Part shown: in pieces, positions 38,811 through 48,950 of the stretch
Position numbering within the stretch: position 1 is the first letter of the stretch
Layout of the letters: the number at the start of each line of letters is the position of its first letter
From: Blastocatellia bacterium
GTDB taxonomy: Bacteria > Acidobacteriota > Blastocatellia > UBA7656
NCBI GenBank assembly: GCA_963765495.1
Contig: CAVXWP010000001.1
Location: 896,001-960,000 of the forward strand
Reading direction: 5' to 3'
DNA: 64,000 bases
Translations under genes and position numbers: made by a program
Notes under the pieces: generated by a model
The model's input: the letters and a program-made list of their open reading frames with translations, nothing else
Database searches by the model: none
Told to the model about the DNA's origin: nothing

Positions 38811-39589
38811 GCCGATGCTCCTTCTCCGGTTGTGGCCGGCGTATCCGGCAACTCGTCCGCCCATGCATAGCCCGTCTCTTCGAGTTCGTGAGCCAGTTCC
38901 TTGCCGCCCGATTTGACGATGCGGCCGTCGGCTAAAACGTGAACGAAATCAGGGACGATGTAATTCAACAATCGCTGATAGTGCGTGACCACTACCGTGG
39001 CTCGCTCCGGGTTGCGCAGCGCATTGACCCCGTTGGCCACGATTCTCAACGCGTCGATATCGAGGCCGGAATCGGTCTCATCGAGGATGGCGAGCTTTGG
39101 TTCGAGCACGACCATTTGAAATATTTCGTTGCGCTTTTTCTCGCCGCCTGAAAACCCCTCGTTTACGGGGCGTTTCATCAGCGAGTCATCCATATCGAGT
39201 ATCTTCATCCGCTCTCGGACCATCGTCAGAAAATCCATGGCGTCGAGTTCATCAAGCCCCTGATGTTTGCGAACGGCGTTTAAGGCCGACCGCAGGAAAT
39301 ACATATTATTGACGCCGGGAATCTCTACCGGATACTGAAAAGCGAGAAAGATGCCCGAGCGGGCGCGGTCTTCGGGCGACAACTCCAGAAGGTCTTTGCC
39401 TTCGTAAAGCACCTGGCCTTCGGTGATGTCATAATCATCGCGCCCGGCAAGCACTCCCGCCAGCGTGCTTTTGCCCGATCCGTTCGGCCCCATAATGGCG
39501 TGAACTTCGCCCGCGTTTACCTTCAGGTTTATGCCCCGAAGAATTTCGTTTCCATCCACACTTGCATGAAGATTCTTTATTTCCAGCAT
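38807..39589 (-). CDS. sufC: Fe-S cluster assembly ATPase SufC
   Basis: MGPNGSGKST, FSGGEKKRNE and LDETDSGLDIDAL. Confidence 0.97.
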   Translation of the reverse strand: MLEIKNLHASVDGNEILRGINLKVNAGEVHAIMGPNGSGKSTLAGVLAGRDDYDITEGQVLYEGKDLLELSPEDRARSGIFLAFQYPVEIPGVNNMYFLRSALNAVRKHQGLDELDAMDFLTMVRERMKILDMDDSLMKRPVNEGFSGGEKKRNEIFQMVVLEPKLAILDETDSGLDIDALRIVANGVNALRNPERATVVVTHYQRLLNYIVPDFVHVLADGRIVKSGGKELAHELEETGYAWADELPDTPATTGEGASA

Positions 39590-39620
39590 TCGTTTTCCTT
39601 TTTAATCTCTACGGGTTTAA

Positions 39621-41072
39621 TTAGCCAACGCTACCTTCGAGGCTCACGCCTAACAGTTTCTGGGCTTCGACGGCGAATTCCATAGGGAGTTCGCGGAAGA
39701 CCTGTTTGCAGAAACCGTTGACTATCATCGAGACGGCGTCTTCGGTAGAGATGCCGCGCTGACGGCAATAAAATATCTGGTCCTCGCCTATCTTTGAGGT
39801 AGAGGCTTCGTGCTCAACCTGCGCGGTCGCGTTCTTCACTTCGAGATAAGGGAAGGTGTGCGCTCCGCACTTGTCGCCCATCAGAAGCGAATCGCATTGC
39901 GAGTAGTTGCGCGCGCCCTCTGCGCCCTTGAGTATCTTGACCATGCCGCGATAGCTGTTCTGCCCGTGACCCGCCGATATTCCCTTAGAGATGATCGTGC
40001 TGCGGGTATTCTTGCCTATGTGAATCATCTTGGTTCCGGTGTCGGCCTGCTGGTAATTGTTCGTCAGCGCCACGGAGTAAAACTCGCCTACCGAGTTATC
40101 GCCTTGCAGAATGCAACTCGGGTATTTCCACGTAATGGCCGAGCCGGTCTCGACCTGTGTCCATGAAATCTTGGAATTCACGCCCTGGCATTTGCCGCGC
40201 TTGGTAACGAAATTATAAATGCCGCCGCGTCCTTCTTTGTCTCCCGGGTACCAGTTCTGCACGGTCGAATACTTGATCTGGGCGTTGTCTAAAGCCACAA
40301 GCTCGACGACCGCCGCGTGCAACTGATTCTCGTCTCGCATCGGCGCGGTGCAGCCTTCAAGATAGCTGACATAGCTGCCTTCGTCGGCGATTATCAGAGT
40401 GCGCTCAAACTGGCCCGTGTTCATCGCGTTGATGCGGAAATAAGTAGACAACTCCATGGGGCAGCGCACGCCTTTCGGGATGTAGCAGAACGAGCCGTCG
40501 CTAAAGACCGCCGAGTTCAGCGTGGCGTAAAAATTGTCCGTGTAAGGCACGACCGAACCCAGATATTTCTCTACCAGATCGGGGTGCTCCTGAACCGCCT
40601 CCGAAAATGAGCAGAAGATTATGCCTAATTCTGCAAGCTTGCCCTTAAAGGTAGTGGCTACCGAGACGCTGTCGAAGACGGCATCCACGGCCACGCCCGC
40701 AAGCATTTCGCGCTCCTTGAGCGGGATGCCCAGCTTTTCGTAAGTCTCAAGCAATTCGGGATCGACTTCTTCGAGGCTCTTTGGCCCGCTGCCTTTGGAT
40801 TTCGGAGCCGAATAGTAAACGATTGATTGATAATCAATCGGCGGATAATGCACGTTGGGCCACTTTGGTTCTTCCATCGTCAGCCAGTGGCGATATGCTT
40901 TGAGCCTCCACTCAAGCATGAACTCGGGTTCATTCTTCTTGGCGGAGATCAGCCTGATAATGTCTTCGTTCAGGCCGGGGGGAGCGGAATCGGTTTCGAT
41001 ATCGGTGACGAAACCGTATTTGTATTCCTGGTTTACCAGGGATTCTATCGTGTTCTCTTTCGTGCTCATCAT
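39621..41072 (-). CDS. sufB: Fe-S cluster assembly protein SufB
   Basis: [19 protein letters not shown] and [23 protein letters not shown]. Confidence 0.97.
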   Translation of the reverse strand: MMSTKENTIESLVNQEYKYGFVTDIETDSAPPGLNEDIIRLISAKKNEPEFMLEWRLKAYRHWLTMEEPKWPNVHYPPIDYQSIVYYSAPKSKGSGPKSLEEVDPELLETYEKLGIPLKEREMLAGVAVDAVFDSVSVATTFKGKLAELGIIFCSFSEAVQEHPDLVEKYLGSVVPYTDNFYATLNSAVFSDGSFCYIPKGVRCPMELSTYFRINAMNTGQFERTLIIADEGSYVSYLEGCTAPMRDENQLHAAVVELVALDNAQIKYSTVQNWYPGDKEGRGGIYNFVTKRGKCQGVNSKISWTQVETGSAITWKYPSCILQGDNSVGEFYSVALTNNYQQADTGTKMIHIGKNTRSTIISKGISAGHGQNSYRGMVKILKGAEGARNYSQCDSLLMGDKCGAHTFPYLEVKNATAQVEHEASTSKIGEDQIFYCRQRGISTEDAVSMIVNGFCKQVFRELPMEFAVEAQKLLGVSLEGSVG

Positions 41073-41107
41073 CTCTCCTGTACAGTCAGCACTTCCTCTT
41101 CTGCCGA

Positions 41108-41131
41108 AATCTCAAATTTCAAATTTGAGAT
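41108..41131. repeat. Short hairpin of TCTCAAA-type units between nuoI and sufB
   Basis: ATCTCAAATT...AATTTGAGAT. Confidence 0.55.
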
Positions 41132-41133
41132 CC

Positions 41134-41679
41134 TCATTTTGTGTATCGGACGTAGTTGATGCCTTTCTCAAGCATCTCTCTGTCCCACCGGAACCCTGAT
41201 CTGTGATATACCGCCAGCTCAAAACTCTGCGTCAACTCCAGGCAATCCGTCGGACACGCCTCTGAACATAAATTGCAAAACATGCACCTCGACGTATCAA
41301 AGGTAAAAGTTGTCAGCACCTTCTTTTTGTTTACCTTCTCTTTGTCCCTAACCTCGCGGCGGATAGAGCCTACCTCTATGCAGTCAACCGGGCAGGCCAG
41401 CGCGCACAGGTCGCAGGCTATGCAGAGCGTGCCGCCGGTTTCGGGGTCGAGGTTTAAGCGGGGAGCGCCGCGAAAGCGTTCAGAGACGCGGGCAGGCTCG
41501 AGCGGGTACTGCTCGGTATAGATGGCCTGATTTGGATTGCCGCCGTCGCGAGCTTCGTAGAGGGCGCGGGCGTTGTATTTGAAAGTGACCGCGAGCCCCT
41601 TGAACAGGTCCAGTAACAGAAGCCGACGGATTATCTCGCCAAAGGTTCGCTTCTTTTTTTCTACTATTGCTTTTGCCAT
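41134..41679 (-). CDS. nuoI: NADH-quinone oxidoreductase subunit I (2x[4Fe-4S])
   Basis: TEQYP...RFRG, CIACDLCALACP and CMFCNLCSEACP. Confidence 0.88.
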   Translation of the reverse strand: MAKAIVEKKKRTFGEIIRRLLLLDLFKGLAVTFKYNARALYEARDGGNPNQAIYTEQYPLEPARVSERFRGAPRLNLDPETGGTLCIACDLCALACPVDCIEVGSIRREVRDKEKVNKKKVLTTFTFDTSRCMFCNLCSEACPTDCLELTQSFELAVYHRSGFRWDREMLEKGINYVRYTK

Positions 41680-41808
41680 ATTTCAGTTATTAACCTGCGC
41701 CTGTTTATCAAACCTTATAAGTTCAATCCCCGGAACCAGCCCCCAAACCGCTTAAATCATAACAAATCTATACAAAAAAGTCCAGATTCAGGGTCTGCCC
41801 GTGCGCAT

Positions 41809-41836
41809 TTGACAAAAGGTAGATGATCCATAGAAT
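41809..41836 (+). promoter_or_regulatory. sigma70-type promoter for the peptidase gene
   Basis: TTGACA, 16-nt spacer, TAGAAT. Confidence 0.6.
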
Positions 41837-41896
41837 GGAAGCATCCGCCAAAACGAAAAGACAACTCTATACTATATTGAAAAGGACGGCAACCCG

Positions 41897-43606
41897 ATGA
41901 AATCATGGACGATAATATGTATGCTGGTGATGATGCTGGGGCTTGCGCCGCGCGGCTTCGGTGATCAGAAAGCTGGTAAACAAGAGAAGGCTAAAAAGGC
42001 TATGAGTAATTCGCTTGCGGCAAAGATCGCCCGGTTTGCGCCTACGGAGATAACCTCCGACACCTCGCAACTATCGAAAAACGACCGCAAGGCTTTGATG
42101 AAGATAATCGAAGCGGCCGATTATATGGACCATATTTATCTGCGGCAGGTCTGGAGCGGCAACGTTGAGTTGAGGCAGAAGCTAAAGGCGGATAAGACCC
42201 CCTCAGGCCACGAGCGATTGCATTACTTCAAGATAAACGTAGGTCCGTGGTCGCGGCTGGACAACAACGAGCCGTTTATCGAAGGCGTCCCAGCTGAAAA
42301 GCCCCCTCAGGCGGGGTTTTACCCTGATGACATGACCAAGGACGAGTACAACAACTGGGTAAAGGGATTGCCCGAATCCGAGCGGGAAAAAGCCACGGGA
42401 TTTTTCTACGTGATTCGCCGCGATGATAAGGGCAAACTCAAAGCCGTGCCTTACAGCCAGGAATACCGCGAGTTTCTCGAGCCTGCGGCCAAACTGCTGC
42501 GCGAGGCCGCAGAGCTTACCACAAATCAGACATTGAAAAACTTTCTCGTGAAGCGGGCCGACTCCTTTATGTCGGACGATTATTATGCGTCAGATGTCGC
42601 GTGGATGGAACTCGATTCTCCGATAGATGTGACCATAGGGCCGTACGAGACTTATGAGGATGAGCTGTTCAGTTACAAGGCAGCCTTCGAGGCTTATGTC
42701 ACCCTGCGCGACGAGGCCGAATCGGCGAAGCTGGCTAAATTCAGCGGCTATTTGCAGGAGCTTGAAAACAATCTGCCGATGGAAGCGAAGTATCGCAACC
42801 CGAAACTTGGGGCCGCCGCGCCCATTCGCGTTGTGGATGAGGTTTACTCATCGGGCGAAGGAAACAGCGGCGTGCAGACGGCTGCCTTCAATCTGCCTAA
42901 TGACGAGCGGGTTGTAAAAGAGAAAGGCTCCAAGCGCATAATGCTGAAGAACGTCCAGGAGGCGAAGTTTAACAAGACGCTTGTGCCTATCTCAAAGGTA
43001 GTGCTCGACCCGTCGCAGCAAGGCGATCTTTCTTTTGATTCGTTCTTTACTCACATACTCGCGCACGAATTGATGCACGGACTGGGGCCGCACAACATCA
43101 AGGTAGGCGCAAGCGAGACCACTGTGCGGATGCAGCTCAAAGAGCTTTACTCGGCCATCGAGGAAGCCAAAGCGGACATAACCGGGCTGTGGGCATTGCA
43201 ATATCTGATAGACAAGGGAGTGCTTGATAAGAAGATGGAGCAGTCGCTTTACACCACATATCTTGCGAGCGCTTTTCGATCCGTGAGGTTTGGCACCAGC
43301 GAAGCGCACGGCAAGGGTGTAGCTTTGCAGTTTAATTATCTGATGGACGAAGGGGCCATCAAATACGATGACGCGAAGGGAACCTTCAGCATCGTCTCTG
43401 CTCGCGTCAAGGACGCCGTTCGCAAACTGACTCACGACATACTCACGCTTCAAGCCGAAGGCTCTTACGATAAGGCAAAGACGATGCTTGACAAGTACGG
43501 CATCATTCGCCCCCAGATGCAGAAGGCGCTCGACAGTCTGAGCGGCGTGCCCGTAGACATTGAGCCGAAATTCCCTCTGGCGCAGCAGGCTTCAATCACA
43601 AAGTAG
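41897..43606 (+). CDS. Secreted peptidase M49 / dipeptidyl-peptidase III-like
   Basis: IGPYETYED, AFNLPND, HELMHGLGPH, EEAKAD and EAHG. Confidence 0.88.
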   Translation: MKSWTIICMLVMMLGLAPRGFGDQKAGKQEKAKKAMSNSLAAKIARFAPTEITSDTSQLSKNDRKALMKIIEAADYMDHIYLRQVWSGNVELRQKLKADKTPSGHERLHYFKINVGPWSRLDNNEPFIEGVPAEKPPQAGFYPDDMTKDEYNNWVKGLPESEREKATGFFYVIRRDDKGKLKAVPYSQEYREFLEPAAKLLREAAELTTNQTLKNFLVKRADSFMSDDYYASDVAWMELDSPIDVTIGPYETYEDELFSYKAAFEAYVTLRDEAESAKLAKFSGYLQELENNLPMEAKYRNPKLGAAAPIRVVDEVYSSGEGNSGVQTAAFNLPNDERVVKEKGSKRIMLKNVQEAKFNKTLVPISKVVLDPSQQGDLSFDSFFTHILAHELMHGLGPHNIKVGASETTVRMQLKELYSAIEEAKADITGLWALQYLIDKGVLDKKMEQSLYTTYLASAFRSVRFGTSEAHGKGVALQFNYLMDEGAIKYDDAKGTFSIVSARVKDAVRKLTHDILTLQAEGSYDKAKTMLDKYGIIRPQMQKALDSLSGVPVDIEPKFPLAQQASITK

Positions 43607-43610
43607 CCCG

Positions 43611-43721
43611 GTGATGAGTTCACGTGATGCGTAAAGAGTGATTTGTGATCGGTCTGGCTGCAAAGTGTCTAAAACTTGCTGCCTACCTGAAAGTCACGAA
43701 TCACGAATCACTCTTTACGCA
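43611..43721. repeat. Heptamer-array hairpin element (family A)
   Basis: Arms TGCGTAAAGAGTGATTTGTGAT / ATCACGAATCACTCTTTACGCA. Core on the minus strand reads CTTTCAGGTAGGCAGCAAGTTTTAGACACTTTGCAGCC. Confidence 0.85.
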
Positions 43722-43799
43722 CATTGCTTTCCCGTTCGAGTTGGTTTAGTCTTTACCCATCTCAGCCCCGTCAGCAGGCAAATCCCGGAAGGTACGATC

Positions 43800-43940
43800 A
43801 TGATTCTACAGGTAATTGTAATTGTGCTGGCTTGCATTGCTGCGTCGCTTCTGGCAATAACTATAGCCGGAGTCTCGCTTGCCGTTTTTGGACGACTGCT
43901 CAAACGAACCAGCGAGGAAAACGATAAACAGAGAACCTGA
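43800..43940 (+). CDS. Small single-pass membrane protein (46 aa)
   Basis: MILQVIVIVLACIAASLLAITIAGVSLAVFGRLLKRTSEENDKQRT; GGAAGG upstream; hydrophobic helix followed by a charged tail. Confidence 0.5.
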   Translation: MILQVIVIVLACIAASLLAITIAGVSLAVFGRLLKRTSEENDKQRT

Positions 43941-43968
43941 CCCTACAGGCCAGGGATGAGGGACGACG

Positions 43969-44481
43969 ATGCAACAGACGCCCGACATCAATCGAGTCGC
44001 ACTGGAAGCTCTGCGCAATCGCATCACAAAAATTCTTCCCGCGCAGATAAGACCCTGCATAGCGGAGTTGTCCGAAGAACAACTCTGGTGGAGGCCAAAC
44101 GAAAAGGCCAACTCCGTAGGCAATCTGGTACTGCATGTCTCGGGTTCGCTCAGACATTATCTGTCTCGCGGCATAGGCGGGATGGCCTATGACCGCAATC
44201 GCCCCGCCGAGTTTGCCGAACGCGGCCCTCTGCCAAAAGAGGAGTTGCTCTCCATTTTTGATGAGACGATAAGGCAGGCTGAGGCGACACTCGACTCTTT
44301 CGACACATCGCATTTTACCGAAGAGACCGAAGATCCTCGATACGTCAAAACCAATTTCGACCTGATTCTGAATATAGCAATCCACCTGTCAACGCACACA
44401 GGTCAGATAGTTTACGTGACGAAGATGCTCAAGGAAGGCGCGCTTGATGAGCTTTGGACGCGCTCTCACCGCTCGGCATAG
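43969..44481 (+). CDS. DinB/DUF1572-family protein
   Basis: LWWRPNEKANSVGNLVLHVSG, RNRPAEF and HLSTHTGQIVY. Confidence 0.85.
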   Translation: MQQTPDINRVALEALRNRITKILPAQIRPCIAELSEEQLWWRPNEKANSVGNLVLHVSGSLRHYLSRGIGGMAYDRNRPAEFAERGPLPKEELLSIFDETIRQAEATLDSFDTSHFTEETEDPRYVKTNFDLILNIAIHLSTHTGQIVYVTKMLKEGALDELWTRSHRSA

Positions 44482-44616
44482 CATTATATTTGAACATTTC
44501 TGCATTATATAGTAAGCGTTTTGCGTCTATACAGCTTGAAGGAGATCACTGCATGTGTCCCCAGGTCATGCAGCAGCAAAGCTCCTGATACATACATCCG
44601 AGGAGGAAAGTCCCAA

Positions 44617-44982
44617 ATGAAACGATTAACCTTTTCAATATTCGTGTGTCTGCTGCTGGCCTGCGGAGCGGTAGCGGCGCAGGATAAAGAGAAAGCTCCA
44701 AAGAAACCCAAAGCCGAAAAAGCCGCACCTGTCGATTGCTCTACGGTTGACGATGCGATGATCACAAATAACGTAAAAGCGAAGCTCGCCAACACGCCCT
44801 CTCTTAAAGGGATGACCATCAACGCAGACACAAAAGCCGGGGTTGTAACGCTCACAGGGCAGGTAAAGACCGGGCGCAATAAAGGTCTTGCCACTTTACA
44901 GGCTAAACGAGTCGCCTGCGTGACAAAGGTGAATAATCAGCTTACGGTAGAACAGACAAAGGAAAAGACGGGCGGGCAATGA
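44617..44982 (+). CDS. BON-domain periplasmic protein
   Basis: AGGAGG RBS, signal peptide, DDAMITNNVKAKL...GVVTLTGQV...VNNQLTV. Confidence 0.88.
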   Translation: MKRLTFSIFVCLLLACGAVAAQDKEKAPKKPKAEKAAPVDCSTVDDAMITNNVKAKLANTPSLKGMTINADTKAGVVTLTGQVKTGRNKGLATLQAKRVACVTKVNNQLTVEQTKEKTGGQ

Positions 44983-44998
44983 GGCAGGGCTAATCCGA

Positions 44999-45123
44999 AT
45001 CTGATGCGTGGGATGTGATACGTGATACGTGATGCATAATTGGCCCGGCTTGCAAATAGGCTTAAATCTGCGGCCTGCCTGAAAGTTACGGATCGCTCTT
45101 CACGGATCACGCATCAGATCACG
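44999..45123. repeat. Heptamer-array hairpin element (family A)
   Basis: ATCTGATGCGTG...CACGCATCAGAT. Core on the minus strand reads CTTTCAGGCAGGCCGCAGATTTAAGCCTATTTGCAAGCC. Confidence 0.8.
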
Positions 45124-45124
45124 C

Positions 45125-47015
45125 TCACTCAAGGAGTTTGCCTTTTTCGTCGGGCATTAAAATCTGTCGGTGGACCCAGAGCGGGGCCATGCCGTTTGAG
45201 AGCAGCCGGTCGTGGAACGAGGAGAGCGAAAACTCCTCTTTGCGGTAGCGTCTGTAATCTTCGCGCAGTTTCAGCAGGGCAAGCCGTCCGATAGCGCCCG
45301 CTATGGCCATTGGCTTTATTGCGCACCGCTCGGCTTCGGCGCGTGCTGCCGCATCGGATATGTATGCGTTCTGTTTGAGAAAGATGATTGCCTGATCGAG
45401 CGTCAGCCCTTCGACATGCTCTCGTACGCCGACGATGAGGCGGCTCAGACTTAGCAGCGTGTCGGCAAGCATCGCAAGTCTCATCTTCGGGTCATCGCTT
45501 GCGAAGCCCTCTTCGATCATCATCTGTTCGGCATATTCGGCCCAGCCCTCGACGAAACACGCGTTCCAAAATACATATGACTTGCGTACCAGAGAAGGGT
45601 TCTTCCCTAAGGTTGCAAGCTGCGTGAAACGGCCCGGGTATAGATCGCGAACAGGTGCCGTTCGAGACTGAGAATAATTCGTGCCGGGCAAGGCCGATTG
45701 CTTTGAGCCCGTCTCTCTCACCAGATAGCGCGCGGGCAGGGGCCGAGACTCAAAAGGGCCGGCCATCCACAGACTCGTGGCGGAGTCTGACACGGAATCA
45801 GGGGCCTCGGCTACGACCGGGTCGGGGATTGCGGGCAGGCTCACAACCTGCTTTTCATTGATGAAATTTTTTAGCGTATCAAGCTGCTTTTGTACTTCAT
45901 CAACAAGAGTGCCCGGTTTCAGATGCTCGGTTTCAAGCGTGGCCAGGACCGATTGGGCATCGCGTTTAGGGTCAATCAAAGCGGCGGTCTTGCGGAACGC
46001 TTCCTGTGTTTTGAGCAACTCGCGGGAAGCTATCCTGAGCAGCGCATCCGAAGGCACGTCTACGCCCGCTTCGTATTTGAGTTTTGCTTCAAGGCTTTCT
46101 CTGCCGATTGCAAAGCCTGATTTTGAATCGGGAGCGAGTTGCTCAAGATGCTTGATGTATTTCGCTATCGCGGTGGCCGCAAGAGAGGTTGACTTTTTGA
46201 ACTCGGCCTGGAGCTTTGCATCCTTGACGGTTGCGAAAGCCCTGGGCAATTCGGTTTGAACCAGTATCAAGGCGCTTTTAAAACTTTCGATGCCTTTCTT
46301 CAGAAAAGACCGGAGGAGGGGCCTGCACACCTGCGCGAGCGGCATCAATAAGGTGCGGAATCTGTTTCTGTTTGGCAATCACGTGACGGAGACGCGAATC
46401 GATCGGCGCGTACTCGAACATCTCTACGCGCAAAAGCCCGGCGATTATGGGGTAGCTGTAAATCGCCGGATCGCGGGTATAGCTTTTAACCTGTTCCAAC
46501 TCCACAAGCCGCGCCTTCATATTCGACGCGATGATCTGGTAATCGAAAAGCTCGGAAAAACTCAATTGAAGCGGGGGAATCTTTTCCAGCCGCGCTTGAA
46601 ACTTCCTGATGGCGGCTGCCTCATCGGCAAGCGCCGGGGCGCTGTAATCTTCGAGTCGGCTCTCCCAGGCGTGCATCCCGCTCATCGAGGCAAGCAGAGG
46701 GTGACGCGAATAGGTGTCTGCCAGATACTCATCTATGAATTTTGGGAAATCCGCGGCAGCCAACTCGCCCCTCTCCTGCGACTGCTGAAAGCAGTAGGCA
46801 GCAGGCAGTAAGCAGTAGGCAGCAAGCAGCAGGGAGAGGGCAAATGCAAAGGCGCGCAAGCCGAAAGTCTGAAGCCGGAGATTGCATATGAACAGGTGGT
46901 ACCCGCCTCCGGCACTACTGCCGCTTGCTGTCTTCTGTCTGTCGTTTATTTGATAACTGCCTACTGCATACTGCCTACTGCTTACTTTTTTTTGCCTGCT
47001 GCCTACTATTTTCAT
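45125..47015 (-). pseudogene. DUF885-family protein gene split by an apparent one-base insertion
   Basis: The N-half (46278-47015) and C-half (45125-46378) join as QAPPPVF|LKKGIESF if one T of the minus-strand TTTT at 46304-46307 is removed. FVEGWAEYAEQ, LKLREDY and FHDRLL motifs are present. Confidence 0.75.
46791..47007. repeat. Heptamer-array inverted pair (family D, GCAGTAG) inside the DUF885 5' end
   Basis: Arms at 46791-46832 (GCAGTAG)n and 46957-47007 (CTGCCTA)n. Confidence 0.8.
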
Positions 47016-47836
47016 CAGGTTTCCAATAATTCCTTGGCGCGATGAGTAGCCTTGACAACTGCTTTGATCAGGGTCACGCGCAGACCGCCTTCCTCCAGTT
47101 CGAGTATGCCGTCTATTGTGCATCCGGCCGGTGTTGTCACGGTGTCTTTGAGTTTAGCCGGATGCTCTTTCGTTTCCAGCACCATAGAACCTGCGCCGAC
47201 GACCGTTTGCGCGGCAAGCTCCGTAGCGACATCACGCGGAAGCCCGACCTTGACGCCCGCCTCGGCCAGCGCTTCGATTATGATGTAGATGTATGCAGGA
47301 CCGCTTGCCGACAGACCTGTTATCGCGTCCATGTGTTTTTCATCCGCGACCACCGTGCGGCCTACCGCATCGAAGATGAACTTGGCAAGCGCCAGGTGTT
47401 CATGCGAGGCGTTTGTCCCCGGCGAGATTCCCGTCATGCCTTTTTTTAGCTGACAGGGAGTATTTGGCATAGCCCGCACCACGGGAACCGGCAAGGGCAT
47501 GTATTTTTCTATAAAGGTTGTGCTGACGCTTGCGGCGACCGAGATCAATAGCTGCGACGGCCTGAGCAATCCGCTGATTTCCGACAGCACGTGAGGAACG
47601 GTCTGGGGCTTCAGACTCAGAATGATTATATCTGCCGATTCGGCGGCCATCGAATTTGAGAGCGTTCCCGTGACGCCGAACCGGTCTCGCAACTGATCGA
47701 GCCTCGCCTGATGGCCCGCCGTGACTATCACGTTACGCATCTCGATGACGCCCGCTTCGAGCAATCCGTTTATCAATGTCTCGCCCAGCTTACCTGCGCC
47801 AAGCACCGCGAGTTTTTTGTCCTTTAACATAGTCAT
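47015..47836 (-). CDS. proC: Pyrroline-5-carboxylate reductase
   Basis: LGAGKLG, RAMPNTP, TGLSASGPAY and VTTPAGCT. The longer track start is repeat-derived. Confidence 0.95.
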   Translation of the reverse strand: MTMLKDKKLAVLGAGKLGETLINGLLEAGVIEMRNVIVTAGHQARLDQLRDRFGVTGTLSNSMAAESADIIILSLKPQTVPHVLSEISGLLRPSQLLISVAASVSTTFIEKYMPLPVPVVRAMPNTPCQLKKGMTGISPGTNASHEHLALAKFIFDAVGRTVVADEKHMDAITGLSASGPAYIYIIIEALAEAGVKVGLPRDVATELAAQTVVGAGSMVLETKEHPAKLKDTVTTPAGCTIDGILELEEGGLRVTLIKAVVKATHRAKELLET

Positions 47837-47871
47837 CTCTCCAATTATGTCACAAGTCAGGCATCTTATCA

Positions 47872-47957
47872 GGGGCCGGGGGCCGGGGACCAGGGGCCGG
47901 GGATCAGTGGCCGGTGGTCGGTGGTCGGTGATCACTGGTCACTGGCCCCCGGCCCCC
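47872..47957. repeat. Heptamer-array hairpin (family E, GGGGCCG) in the proC/cysK divergent region
   Basis: (GGGGCCG/GGTGGTC)n ... (GGCCCCC)n. Confidence 0.8.
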
Positions 47958-47999
47958 GCGCATGCTAGGCTAATGGTCGCCCGATGGAAGGAGCTATAG

Positions 48000-48950
48000 A
48001 TGTCGCGACGGCCGAAGATTTGTAACAACATACTCGAGACCATAGGCCATACGCCGCTTGTGCGGCTCAACCGCCTGCCGGGAGCCGAATCGGCCGAAGT
48101 GCTTGTGAAGATGGAATCGTTCAACCCCATGCGCAGCATCAAGGACCGCATCGCCTGTTCGATGATCGAAGCGGCCGAGCGCGAGGGGGAAATTACTCCG
48201 GGCAGGACCACGATCATCGAACCGACAAGCGGTAATACGGGGATCGGACTGGCTATGACCGCCGCCGCAAAGGGCTACCGCCTGGTGCTGACCATGCCCG
48301 ATTCGATGACCGTAGAGCGCACAAGGGTGTTGCGAGCGCTCGGGGCCGAGATCGTTCTCACCCCCGACGCCGAAGGGATGGAAGGGGCGATCAGAAAGGC
48401 CGAAGAACTCCTCGACAATTTGCCCGAAGGTTATATGCCTCAGCAGTTTCTGAACCCTTCCAACCCGGCCATCCACAGGTGCACGACGGCTCACGAGATC
48501 ATCGAAGACACCGATGCAAAGCTCGATGCGTTTGTTGCGGGGGTTGGGACGGGAGGAACTATCACGGGTGTGGGGGAAGTGCTAAAAGAGCGATTGAAGG
48601 ATGTCAGACTGATTGCAGTCGAGCCAAAAGATTCGGCAGTGCTGTCGGGTGGCCCGGCTGCCCCTCATCTGATTCAGGGAATAGGCGCGGGGTTCGTGCC
48701 GGGTGTGCTCAATACGGAGATCATAGACCGCATCATCCCGGTCGAATACGAAGACGCGAAGCGGATCGCTCGCCGACTCGCACGCGAAGAGGGCATTCTT
48801 TGCGGCATCTCTTCGGGCGCTATTTGCTGGGCGGCGCTGCTCGTAGGACGAGAAATGGGCATAGGCAAACGCGTGGTCGCGGTGCTGCCTGATCTTGGCG
48901 AGCGATACCTGTCTACGGATGTTTATGCCTTTGATGAAGAGGAGCTTTAG
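48000..48950 (+). CDS. cysK: Cysteine synthase
   Basis: [30 protein letters not shown] and GERYLS. Confidence 0.93.
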   Translation: MSRRPKICNNILETIGHTPLVRLNRLPGAESAEVLVKMESFNPMRSIKDRIACSMIEAAEREGEITPGRTTIIEPTSGNTGIGLAMTAAAKGYRLVLTMPDSMTVERTRVLRALGAEIVLTPDAEGMEGAIRKAEELLDNLPEGYMPQQFLNPSNPAIHRCTTAHEIIEDTDAKLDAFVAGVGTGGTITGVGEVLKERLKDVRLIAVEPKDSAVLSGGPAAPHLIQGIGAGFVPGVLNTEIIDRIIPVEYEDAKRIARRLAREEGILCGISSGAICWAALLVGREMGIGKRVVAVLPDLGERYLSTDVYAFDEEEL

